Shown here: positions 19,657 to 33,200 of the stretch, piece after piece | Position numbering within the stretch: the stretch's first letter is position 1 | Layout: each line of letters opens with the position of its first letter | Origin: a virus | Taxonomy: Duplodnaviria > Caudoviricetes | IMG/VR virus record: IMGVR_UViG_3300025120_000050 | Span: 1 to 60,331 of that record | Direction: 5' to 3' (one strand) | DNA: 60,331 nt | Translations under genes and position numbers: made by a program | The notes under the pieces: model-generated | The model's database searches: none | What the model was told of the DNA's origin: nothing | What the model saw: the letters and a program-made list of their open reading frames with translations, nothing else

Positions 19657-21213
19657 TTAGAACTGCAAGATAATTTTTACGTCTTCTTTCTGCGATGCAG
19701 ACCTGGTAATTGATGGTCTATTATCAACATGAATGATATTTCCAGAATATTTTTCAAGTTCTGGATTTGAAATTCCCCTTGAAAAATTTTGACCCAAGTT
19801 GAAATCTCTATTATTTATTCTAGTAGAGATACCTGTAAATGAAGTCTCAATACTTAAAGCGTTTCCACTACTTGGAATAATATTATAACTACCACCAGTT
19901 ATAATATCTGCTGAAAATCTTTCAGCTGTAAATCCATAAGTTGGAGATGCATTTTGAGTTCCATCAGTATTAAAACCTGAATTGGATCTGTCTTGCCAAT
20001 ATTTCAAAACACCAGTAGTTTGATTGTATGAAACCACTCTTCCAACTGCTGTAGATCCTAAACCAACAGTTTGAGTAACTAAACTATCAGCTGTAAAGTT
20101 TGCTGAACTATATCCTGTACCAGTAAGTCTTAAAGCGTAAACAGCACTTCCTTTATCATCAGTAAATATACTATCAGTTTCATACTTTTTAGGATTTTCA
20201 ATAAGACCAATTCTGGCAAATTGATTACCAGTTACGAAATCTGGATTTTCTGAATCATTTTCAAATCTAGCATATAGTAAAACATTAAATGCTCCTAACT
20301 CTCTATAGATGTCACTTCCATGTCCACCAGGAGGGGGGACAATTACATTAAATATTGGATTTGTTGTGCCTACTGGTAAACCTCCAGCAACTAAATCAAG
20401 TGTTCCAAATGTATAATTTGATCCACCATTAGATATTGTTACAGAATCAATTTTTGAATCACTATTTACAACAACAGTTGCTGTTGCACCATTACCATCA
20501 CCATTAATTGGAACATTAGAATATGATTGAGCAGTTCCAAGACCAACTCCTCTTTCTTTTATTGATACAATTTTAATTTGACCACTTGCAGAAGCATTTT
20601 GTCTTACAGATGCATTATCTGAACTTGTGCTCCAATTACTTGGTACTGGGATATAATTTGTTGAATCAAACTTAATTGCTTGACTAGGTTTGATGGTATA
20701 TAGATATTTCCAAATATAACCATCACCACTACTTCCTGCTGCTCTTGGTTCAAGATCTGTAAATGTAGGTTCATCTAATGATGGACCCCCTCTAAAAGCA
20801 TTTTCAGGTGTTGCACTATTAAATAAACAAATGTAAACTCTATAATCAGAGTTCATCACATAATAATTTGCTGAATAAATGTTTGATGATCCTGATGGTT
20901 GAGAAAGATTATCAATAGTGATATCATTTCTCCACATATCATATGTTGTGCCAGATGCCCAAACATTTTTATTTACAACTTGAGTTGCATCACTACTATT
21001 GATTTTCTTAACTGAAAGCATGGTATCCCATACTTGATTAGTTTGATCTAAACTGTCAAGTGGAGATGGTGGATCAGAATCCCAAGTAGATTGATATGCA
21101 GTAGCATTGGGTAATCCAATAAAACCATAATAAGAATTAGTACTGGTTTGTACACCAGATACAAAATTCTTAGCACTCAAAATTCTTAATTGATCAGTTA
21201 TAATAGCAGCCAT
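19657..21213 (-). CDS. gp8: Baseplate wedge subunit (gp8-like)
   Basis: MAAIITDQLRI..DGYIWKYLYTI..YSGNIIHVDNRPSITRS..QKEDVKIILQF. Confidence 0.93.
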   Translation of the reverse strand: MAAIITDQLRILSAKNFVSGVQTSTNSYYGFIGLPNATAYQSTWDSDPPSPLDSLDQTNQVWDTMLSVKKINSSDATQVVNKNVWASGTTYDMWRNDITIDNLSQPSGSSNIYSANYYVMNSDYRVYICLFNSATPENAFRGGPSLDEPTFTDLEPRAAGSSGDGYIWKYLYTIKPSQAIKFDSTNYIPVPSNWSTSSDNASVRQNASASGQIKIVSIKERGVGLGTAQSYSNVPINGDGNGATATVVVNSDSKIDSVTISNGGSNYTFGTLDLVAGGLPVGTTNPIFNVIVPPPGGHGSDIYRELGAFNVLLYARFENDSENPDFVTGNQFARIGLIENPKKYETDSIFTDDKGSAVYALRLTGTGYSSANFTADSLVTQTVGLGSTAVGRVVSYNQTTGVLKYWQDRSNSGFNTDGTQNASPTYGFTAERFSADIITGGSYNIIPSSGNALSIETSFTGISTRINNRDFNLGQNFSRGISNPELEKYSGNIIHVDNRPSITRSASQKEDVKIILQF

Positions 21214-21231
21214 TAGCGTGGACTTTTTTCC

Positions 21232-21238
21232 TATTTAT
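21232..21238 (-). promoter_or_regulatory. Late promoter (ATAAATA)
   Basis: Intergenic between gp7 and gp8. Confidence 0.65.
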
Positions 21239-21243
21239 GGGAC

Positions 21244-24200
21244 TTATACTGAATATGCTTTAAACTTCAGTGGATTGAATCTTCTGACTAAAGAAGATGT
21301 TGAAATACCAGTATCAGAATAAGCAGAACCTATACCTGACAGTGTGTGAGCAGGGAATGATTTAGGTTTAGTTCTATCGTCAAAGGTAATTTTACCCCAA
21401 CTATAATTACCAATTTCATGACCTGAAGTACTTCCAATTCCAACAGGAATTCTATCAACATTTACAGTAAGTGTTCTTACTGAAGTAGTGACTCCAGAGG
21501 TATCTTCAACATATACAGTGATATTTCTATCTATAAACGATTTTACTTGATAAACACAATCAAGAGCAGTTGTTCCAACCCCCACTGTAGTGCCCCCAGA
21601 AGAGTCCTGAGCAGCAAAAGTAGAACCAACTGATAGGCTTGTACCATTTAGAACAAAATAATCACCTGTAGATATTCCACTAACTGTAACACCAGATCCA
21701 ACATTTGTGTCTCTCATAAATGAATATCTTGGAATATAAGTATCAAATTGTATAGTATTCTGAGATCCAGATTTAGCAGTTAATATTCCAACAATAACAC
21801 CATAATCACCTTTATACTCAGTGATATTAATTTTTTCACGTATTAATGGTGGTGACTCAATAAGAACAGATGGAGGATTAGTAGAAGTATATGCTAATCC
21901 AGTTGTTGTACCACCATACGAAACAGTTACAGAGGTCACTGTGCCTGCAGCACTAATTAATGAAGTTGCTTCTGCTCTGCCAGTTGTTCCTCCAAATCCA
22001 GCTGGATTTGATACAAATACAGATGGTGCTACAGTATATCCAGCTCCAGGATTAGTAATGCTAAATGATATAATTGTACCAGCAGTTCCTACAACTGCTG
22101 TTGCAGCAGCTCCAGTTAATGTCTTCTGATCATTAATTTCAATGATTTTTTGATGCTTATTTCTAACACTAGTATTTCCTATTTCATTTTTTGGATTAAA
22201 TGCTGGAACTAAATTATTTACATAACATTCTGTTGATCCAACACCTACAGATGTAATCAAATAAGATGATGGTCTACTAAGTGGTTCATATATTTCTCTA
22301 TCTTTTCCAATTTTTTTGGAATTGATAACTAAATCTTTAGTTTGCTTACACCAAGTAACTGGTCTTTGTAAGAGAGTATCACTTGTTATTCCTGGTCCAT
22401 TATAAAGAGTTGTTTGAACACTATCTACTGTATTGATTCCAGTAACTATTCTTTCTTCTTGATCTAAGAAGTATGATTGACCAGATCTTGGGTTATAATT
22501 AATATCAAGTGAATCACCTGGTTTAACAGTTTGTAAAACATCTCTAAAGACAACATCAATATCATCTCCAGTTCCTTTATAGTAAATGACCTTTACAGTA
22601 TCACCTACTTTAGGTGCTTCAGCAAATTCAACTATACTTCCACCATTAAAAATGAATGCAGATCCAGGTTTTTGGAGAACATCATTAATGAATATGATTA
22701 AAGTTTGTTCAACATCAATTAATGAACCTTTAGCAGACACAATTGAAATTGCTTCTTCATTAACTGTCAATCTAAAGGATCTTTCTTCTCCATTAAACTC
22801 ACTAGCAAATGAATCAAATATTTGGAACTGACCAAGTGACCATCCATTAAAATTATCTGTATATACATCTTGAATAGTAAGTGTGAAATCCTCAAATGTT
22901 AGAGATGTGTTTGTAGGAATTCCTGTAGTTCCACCTGTGGGGATAGTTAAAATTTCATTATTTCCATATGCATAACCATAACTATTAATTTTGAAGTCAA
23001 TTACACTAGAACCCTGTCCAACAACAATATCAACAGTAGCACTTCTACCAACTCCTGCTAACGATGAAGAATGATATTCAAGGGGAATATTTTCATATGA
23101 TAGAGGAGAATCAAATAAAATTAGTGGTGGATCTGAAGTTGTGAATCCTGTTCCTGGATTTGTAATTGCTACACTAACAATATTTCCATTACTAATATTT
23201 GCTGTTCCCAAAGTTTGAATAGGTGGATAACCCTCAGATAAAGCAACAGATACATTAACAGTAGTTTGAATACCTGATCTATAACCAGATCCACTATTGC
23301 CAATACTGACTGATGAAATTGTTCCTAATCCAGAAATAATACCTGTACCACCAGCAGAAACTAATGGTTGATATGCAAAACCAGCAGTATTCCCAACAGA
23401 AACAATAACACCACCTGTGGGTAAATTGCCTTTGGATGGATCATATCCTTCTGGTTGAATCAAACCACTAAATGTAATTGTTGAGATACCAGCATCCTCA
23501 ATAATTGTATAATTGTTTAATTCAGGTTGTTCTCCTCTTGGTAGTTGGAATATTCCATTTATCAATACAATTCCATTCCCAGTTGAAATTCCTGTTACAT
23601 TACTTGATTGTGATTTCAATATAAAATCACTCTTAATACCAGTAAATTGTGTTGATATATCGTCAAATATGTAATTTGTGGAGTAAGTTTCAGCAGATGT
23701 TTTTTGAGCAACATTCCTCATGAATGTTCTTCCGTGGAAACTAGATCTTGTAGTGATGCCACTAAAATCTCTAGAATCTGGAGGATTAGTAATACTGCCA
23801 ATAGGAACATTACCAAATGGTGCTGCAGCAAAACTTATTATATTACCAGCAATATTAAAATTACCTATCAATTTTGTAATGGTTGATCCAATTCCATGCT
23901 GAACTAATGTTGTTCCAAGTTGCTCTCTCAAAACACCAATTGCATTATCATTTCCAACTCCAATATCAGTTACTTTCATTATTTCATCATTAATTTGAAC
24001 TAAATCACCAGCAAAGAATGAAGTTATTCCAATTGTTGTAAATCTTGTATCAAAAATAATAGATGATGCTAGAGCTGTAGTGACAGATGATCCAACCACA
24101 GGAGATTGAATCATGTTATCAATAGTGAGAAGAGTTTTTGTATTTTGATTCTTTGCTGTGAATACATGAGAATCTCCATATCCAACATTTGTAAAATCAA

Positions 24201-27200
24201 ATGTCTCTGGATTAATTAAAAGTGATTTTTCTGCTGTTGCTGCGAATCTTAAAGATCCATCATCAACTTTAACAGCAAAAAGTTTTGTAGGTAATTTATC
24301 TGTAAGACCAATTCCAGGAACAGTAGCAGATGTGATTCCTATAGATTGTGATGTACCTGCACCTGAATTACTGTAAACTAATTCTTCACCAGTAACAAAG
24401 AAGTGTTCAGGTATTTTGACCAAATCAAGAGAGGTATTTGCAATTGATGGATTGCTACCATCAATAACTCTTCTAAAAATTTGCTTACCTTCATGAAGCA
24501 AATTAAAGTCCTTTGTAATATCAAGTTTTGTTCCTCTGTAAGAACCATTATCACTATTAACTTTCCAATTAAAATAATCTATTTGAGTTGTATTGGTATT
24601 ATCATCATAAGTTTGAAGATCAATTGCATAAGTTCTAACTTGAACATTAATGCTTGGTTTTGCTTTATAGGTTATACTTAAATCAGTTCCATTTTCTGAT
24701 ATGTTAACTTCACCTATAGTGCTACCTGTTGAGACATTTGCATACTCAACAAATTCTGCAGAAGTTTCTAATCCTTGTCTCAATACTCCCAATTCAAATG
24801 ATTCATAGACATTATTTGTTGAGTTAGTGACATTAATAAAATAATAACCACTATCGTAAGGTTCTGAAAGTGTGGCTACTGTAGTAAACCCTGGAGTTGA
24901 TGAAGAAGAGATACTTTTATAAGTTGATCTAAATCTACCAACATCTAGTGCAACTGTTCCAATACCAGTTTCAGAGGCACTTATAGCAGTGATTTGAGCA
25001 TTTGCAGTTAAGGCAGTAGTATTTGCATCAGGAATAAAATCAATTTTTACATTATTACCAGATAGATATGAATTGTAAGTTCCAAAACCTGTGAATGTGG
25101 CATTAGAATTATCTCCAATTCCACCATACTCTAAAAGGTGTACAGTGGTTCCATCATGAAGGAAGGTAAGTTCATTACCAAGATAGTTATCATTACTATC
25201 TTCCAACATTAAAAGAACTTTTCCTGACCTATAACTTGTTGCAATAGAAACAATATTTGTTGTGGTTCCCACTGAAACTGTATTTTGCTGACTAGATGTA
25301 CTTACAGCAGTGCCAACTGCTGTAATTGATCCAACTCCAGTATAATCATCAATTGCAGCAATATTGATAATAGAAGTATCATAATTGTTAACTTCAAATT
25401 TATTTGGATTAAATGTTAAATCCCATCCAGAAGATGTTACACGATAACTATAATGACCTAAATCTAATTTAGAATCTAGAATAGCATATTCATCCAAGTA
25501 TCCAAAATTATCATCTTGAGCTAAAGATAATATTGAAAACTGTCTTTCATCAGTAAACGTTCTATCTTTTACATATGCAAATATTTTATTATATTTCATA
25601 TTACTGGTGAAATCACCAATAGAACTAAATGAATCTGGTCTTTCATTACTATTGAATGAAGAACTAAAATCATCTATTGATAAGACTCTATTTCCAACAG
25701 ACTCAAAATAATCAGATAATATAGAACTTTCAAATAAGATTTCATTTGAATATAAACCACCATTTATAAATTCATGAGTCTCTCTCACATAATCAAAATT
25801 ATAAACACAATTTAAATCTACTAATGTTTGGATGTCAACAATAGTTTCGATATTTGAGTCTGAAGTTTGTAAAATATTTTGTGTTACATCATCTAATATA
25901 CTTACAATTTGAAGATCTCCAAATTTAACAAAACCAGCAGTATGATTTAAGGCATTAACAGCAGGATTCCATGTGTCAAAGGGAATCTTAGATTTAACAG
26001 CATATGAGAAATTTTGATAATATTCATTATTTGGAATTTTTTGGAAACTATCATTTAAGAATCCAACATCATCTTTCCATCCATTATAAACTGTAGCTCC
26101 TGCTCCAGTTTTTGATTCTGCATTAAAGTTAATTTTTCTGGATACAATTCCTTGAGTTTTTGAACTATTGCCTTGAATTAGATCTCCAACTTTTATTTCA
26201 TTGCTGGTTGAAATTTTAAGAATTTCTATATTTGAATTCCAAGAAAGAACTTTTCCTTCAACTCCACCACTTGTACACATTTCACCTTTTGAAAATTCAT
26301 TAGGAGAGAATTTTACATCAAACAGAGGGAAATGATCTTCTGGAATAACTCTACCCAAACTTGGTAAAAGTGCTACTCCTGGATTTTCAGTTATAGAAAG
26401 ATAATTTTCCAAAGAATATTCAATGTAACCACCAGGTCCACCAAGTTGAGGTACAGAATTTGTAACTTCAAATAAAGCAAAGTTAAAATCTGAAGAATTA
26501 TATCCTCTACCTGTTGTATTGAATCCCAGATTTATATTTTCAACTAATATTTTTTTACCAACAGCAAATGGGTAATCAGATGCATCACTAAATGTTGTAT
26601 TAAAGTGCAATCTTACTATTTGTAATGTTGAATTATAAGTTACTGAAGAAATTCCAACACCATTAGTATTATTTGTTGGAATCAGTGTTGGTTTTGTATT
26701 GTAAATTCCTGTTGTATTTTTAACAATTGATACACTGGTATCACCAATATCATATTGAAGATCTACATCATCTATAACTTTTTGAGTAAATCCATCAATT
26801 ACAATAAGTTTTGGAGCTTTTAAATAATTTTTACCACTTGATGTAATACCAATAAAATCAAAAGATGATAAAGGTTCAATTTTTAAAATTTCAGGTAAAT
26901 TTACTATAGGTCTTAATGTAATATCAGAGGGATAACCAAATCCAATATTATTAGTGTCAAAAGTATATGATAAAATTTCACCTATACTTTTACTTTGAGG
27001 TTCTAAAATTGCACCAGATCCCATATGAGATGTGATTGATGAAATTCCAGGTACTAATTCGTAAGAGGATCCTGTATTGAATACTTGAATACTTTCTATA
27101 ACCCCATATGCTGTTTTGGAGTCTGTAGTATATGAAATTGAAGCATTATTTACATTATAATTTTCATTTTCAGGTTTTTCTGGAATAGAAAATGTAAATG

Positions 27201-30200
27201 TAGTGGTTCCAATTCCAGAAATAGTTTTTAAACCATAAAAAATACTGTTAACAAGGTCAATTTGATTATTTGAAAATACATTTACATCACTAACTATTTC
27301 TGACTTAACTGCAGGCAATATTTCTTGATTATCACCAACAAATCTATACCAAAGATTTGATTTTTTAAATGAATCATTAAAATCAATTATTAAACTTGCA
27401 TCTGTGCTTACACCTATTGTGCCAGTTTTAACAACTTCAAAAATTTCATCCTCTCCAGATGTTAAAAATTCATTTGTATAGTTTAAATCACTATAAATCT
27501 TCAAATCAAAGGCAGAATAACTAACACCAGAATTAATAAATCCCAAACTTGAATCACTTAAATCAAATTTAAGTTTTTGGTTTTTTAATACACTAACATA
27601 TGGATTAATTCTAGATACAGTTCCTGCATTTGCTGATGAGAATTTAACAAAGTTTTTATTGCTAACATCTATTTTTTCACTACAAAGTTTAATCTTATCT
27701 TCACCATATATAACAACATAATACATTTTTTGATCAATTAAACCACTAATTACAGTAGATGCATTATAAACTATTTTATCTCCTGTATTGAATTTATGAT
27801 TGATAATTTTAATAGTATTTTCAACTACATTAACATCATTTGATGTAAATGTTTTTGGATCAAAAACAACTCTTCTATTATAATCGTTATATCTAACATC
27901 AATGGTTTTTGTTGATTTTGGTTTTAAATCAAAAAATACTTTATTGTTATTCTCCAATCCATGAGTAGAGGCTGTTGATACAGTAACTGTGTGAATTCCA
28001 ATCTTTCCTGTTACAACATCAGTTTTTACAGTTTTGAAACTATGGAAATCACCAGTACCAAAACCAGGGAAGAAAAGTAACCCTGTTGATGTTCCCAATC
28101 CAGAATATCCACCACCTGTACTAGCAAGTCCAACTTTATTTGTTGCTATTCCAATTAAATTGTTTGTTATAGGGGCAACATACAAAATACTATAATCAGA
28201 GAGTAAATTATACGTATCTGTAGTACCATTCCATGTGGATACTGCAGTTCCTGTAAAATTATTATAAGATACTATATCATTTAAGTTAAGTTTATGATTT
28301 GGTAGATATATTTGTTGCGATTGTAATGTTACTGCAGTTACACCAATAGCAGGATTTTTAAAGGTAATAGTTGTAGCAGTGCCCACTGCTGTGCCTACAC
28401 CAATTGCCTCTTCAGGTTCAAAATAAATTTCTTCATTTAAATTAAATGTGGTTGTAGATTTTATTGACCCAACATTAAAAGTAAATTTTCTTGGATCTTC
28501 TACTATTGAAGTAAGAGTAGAGTAAGATGTTCCTACAGTGCCATCTTGTTCTCTTACTACTCTAATTCTTCCACTTAAACTATCAATATTAAGAACTTTA
28601 ATTCTTTCTGCACTGATCTGTAATATATCATTAGGTCTGATTGTTGGATAATCTAAAATTCCAGTGACATAGAAATACGTTGTTAATCCTGTAACTGAAG
28701 TATTACCCACACCTAAGTTTAAATTGAAACTGTCAGTTCTTACTCCGATAAAATAATTACCACCAAATCCTGGTAAAGTCTTTGAAATAGATCCAACATT
28801 TACTAATGTACCACTCTTTAAATTATGAGGAACTGTTGAGAATCCAATAAATCTTGATTCGTTAATTCCTTCTAATGCAAATTCAACATCTATTTCTGTG
28901 CTAGATGTTGCTGCTGAAACAACTGCTTTACCTTTTACATTTTTAATTTTTGCATTAGCACCCAATCCACCAGAATTTTTATTATCAAAATTAATTTTAT
29001 CACCAACTTGATAATTATCTCCACCACTAAGTATTTTAATTGATTCAACACCACCAATACTTGCAGAACCTATAATAAATGATTGTTTTTTAAGATTATT
29101 TGAGTCAAAGATATAATCATAACCACTATATTTTGAAACAAAATTGTATGGATTTGTGTTTCTAAAATATCCTGTTCCAGCAAAATTAAAATCTTTTTGA
29201 TTTGAACTTTTTCTGTAGTTAAATGTATTTGGTTGTGAATTAAATGTATTACCTACAATGTAAGGGAATTTAGGTGCTTTAAACTTATTAAATAAACCAA
29301 ATGAACTATTGACTGATTCAATTGTGGCAAAATATGCATAACTGCCAAAAGGAAAATCTGGTGTTACAGAATATCTTCCATTATGCTCATCTAAATCCCC
29401 ATTACCATTAAATTCAAAATCTTCAACAAAAAACCCTTCAGGATAGAAAGACAAAGATGGTCTATTGTTTGATGTTATATTGAGTTTATATCCAGATTCA
29501 ATTAATTTAACTGAACCACCATCTGAGTTTTCATATCCATATGGGCCATATATTGGGTGTCCATCATATGCCCAACCAATTATGGGTGAATGATATTTAC
29601 TATTCAATTCACTTTTATTAACAGGATCAAGTTCTAAATCATCTACTCCATATAGAACTTCAAAATCTGAAATAGGATTAAGTTTTCTTCTTAATTCTCT
29701 TGGAGCATATAGATGTGAATATTGTAGAGACTCATTGTTAAAACTATTACAAATTACACCATCATCTTCACCAATAATATCTATTGATTTTTCAAATAAA
29801 TTAACAGTCCACTGATGAATATTAATATCCAATCTCTCTGCAGTGACTGGTGATTCAATAGTCAGTGATGATTTATTATCAAAACCTACTCCACCATTTA
29901 TTACTTTTATTTCTACTAACTTATTATCTCTTACAATTGGTGTAAGTTTAGCAAATTGACCATTACCATTTATTTTAATATTTGGAGGGCAATTATAATC
30001 TTTACCACCATCATTAACAATTACAGAAACAATTCTACCATTATTGATAATGGGGGTGACTTGAGCACCAGACCCTGATTTAAGTTCAATTTCTGGTGTT
30101 CTATTAAAATTAATAATTTCAGGTGATCCATAATTTGAACCACCATTGATAACTTCTATGAAATCAATACTACCTCTAAAGACAGGTTGAATTTTAGCAT

Positions 30201-33200
30201 TAAAATCTTGTCCAGAGAGTGTTGAAATTCCCAACACACCATTAATAGAAACAGAAATTGGTTCATAATTAAAAGTACCATTTCCTGTAGATCCCAGTGA
30301 CACATAAACATTATTATTTAAAAAATAATTTATTGTAGATCCTGTACCAATTTGAGATAAATTGAATCTATCATTATCAATTTTTTGAACATAGTAATCT
30401 GTATTGGAAACAATTCCTGAAATATTGACAGTGCTTGGAGAGTATCTTATTTTTTCGCCAGTTTGATATCCATGTTTTTCAATAAAAATAGTATTTGTGG
30501 ATGTTGTAACACCTGCTATATTTCTTTCTTTATTTTTATATCCTTCACCTGGATTTAAAATATGACATTTTGAAACAATTTTTTTCTTATCAAAAGATTG
30601 AATTGTTTGCAAACCAGTTCCATAATCAGTTATAGTTAGAGTATTAATACCAATTCTTGCATTTGATGAAGTTGAGTGCAGTCTTATATTTTTATCATCA
30701 ACAACTTCAACAAAATAATGATTAAAAGTTGATATGCCAGATATATTTCTACCACCATTTGTGAGGTAGATAATTTTTTCACCTGTATAAAATTTATGAG
30801 ATGTTGAGAATCCAATTCTGTGTGCAGATGATCCAACACCTATTGTAATTGATGTAGTTAAACCTGATGATGATTCTGATAAGAAGTTCACACCATGAAC
30901 AAGATCAATAGTTTCAACTTGAACCTGTGCAGGAACAACTGGATTTCCTCCAGTGATGGTTACAATTGGATCCTGAACATAATCAAATCCAGTGTCAGAA
31001 ATTCTTATTTCTTCTAATCTTCCAATCACTGCAGATTTTGCAGTAGCACCAACTCCAACACCATCACTTATATGAACAACTGGGGGATTGATAATATCAA
31101 ACCCATCACCTCTATCTACAACATCTATGGATTTTATATCACCAAAATATACAATATCATCAGATTTATAATTTAATATTTCAACTCCATTATTAAACAT
31201 ACCAATTTTTCCAGAGTATGTATCATAACCATCTTTGTTTTTGATTGGAGTTTTTACTTCTCTATAAATTTCTTGAGGAGAAACTTTTTTATTGTAGAAA
31301 GGTTGATATGTAAATTTATTATTTGTTACTGTACCTCCTGGAGAAATAAACTTATTATCAAAAAGATCAGATTTACTTCTAGCAATTTTGAAAGATCTAG
31401 AATTATCTCTTCCAATTCTTTTTACAAAGTAAACTCCTTCATCAATATTAGAAAATTTAGTTACTCTATCCTCATATTGTTGAACACCATTAAGAACAAA
31501 TGTTTCTATTCTTTCAAGAGTTGGAGAATAATAAACAGCATCACCAGTGTAGAGACCATGCTCTGATGAAAAAGTAAATGTATCTCCGCTTACATTTGAA
31601 CTTGAAAATATGATAACCTTATCATTTGTTTCAATTAAATCATTATTTCCATAAGTGGGAAAAGAATTTGATGAGAGGATAGTATCACCATTAAATTTTT
31701 GATAGGAATTTACAATATTTGTAAATGATTGATTTATTTCAGGATGGTTTTTGTAATTACCTTTTAGAATTTTATTTCTTGCAACCAATTCACCAGAAAA
31801 ACTATCAGGAATAGAACTTAATAAAATCTCAAATCTATCGCTACCAAGATTTTTTAAAACATTACCTTCAGTAATAACTTCTGAATCCCTTAAAATTTCT
31901 AGGGAATATCCTCTTTTTAAATAAGTATCATCAAAAGTTGTAATTATATACTTTCTTTCTGAAATATCAATCTCTTCAACATTTTGTATTCTCCATTTAA
32001 ATTTAAGATTATTAATTAAATTATTAACAGGTAAACTATTACCATCAATACCCAGTGACTGAAGTTCAGCTACATCATCTTTATTAAAATAATAAGTTGA
32101 ATCATCTATAATAAGATCAGTAAGTGTAGTAGAAATTCTAAATCTTATGTCATCATTAATAGTTGATGCATAATCATCAAAGAAAACACTAGTTGTATCT
32201 GCTATATTTGTTGTTATTCCTGTAATATCTAAAAATTGATTATCATTTTTACTTCCATATGTAAAATCAAACTCCTCATTACCAACATTAAAGGATATTA
32301 ATTCTCCACTATTTGGGAAACCAATAGTTGAATCTACATCAATTGTAGTCTGACCAACTGAAACATTGTTTAAAACTTTAGTTGATGGTATTGATTCAAA
32401 TGTTCCAAAAATTGATCCATCTAAATTAATATCTCTCTGGTATCCTATGTCTATGCTTATTTGAAGATACTGATCGTTATTATAAATTACTTTCTGTACA
32501 TTAGTAACTGTCCCCTTTGCTCCAGTTCTTAATTGTTGAATTGTTCTATTTTTTAATTCAAATGGATCACCTAGTATTGGTTCAATTACAAAATCTTTTG
32601 TTACACTATAATCAGCAGTTGATGGTTTAATTAAAAATTCACTTGGTTTGACTATATTTACTTCATCACCATATAGTGCTTGAAAAAGAATTTTTAAAGC
32701 TCTATCAGTCCCTTTTGCATCATAAAAACTTTTTGCGCCAAAAATAAAGTTTCTTTGATCCAATCCAGAAAATAAATCTCTACCAGAAAAACCTGGAACA
32801 AATTGATTTTTTACTTTATTAAAAAATTCTTCTAAGAAAAGAACGCTTAAATTTTCAATTTTAGAACCAGCAGCATGAGTTGCTGAAAAACTATTTTCAA
32901 AAACTAATTCATCTGGTTTATTGGGAGAAGTATAAGATACTATTCCACTAAATCCTCTTACACAATCAGTAAATGTTGTTTGTGTCTTTTTACCATAAAA
33001 TATAATCTCGTTATCAATTTTAATTAATCCATTCCTTTCAGGAAAACCATACGTAAAATTAGTATCTAGTTCAGTGGTGATTGTATCATCAACAAATGAA
33101 ATTGTGCTGGCCAAACCTGTTGAGGTTTTGATATCATATAAATTATCAACTTTTACATATTGATCAATATTGTTTAAAATATTTAAAGATCCACCATTAT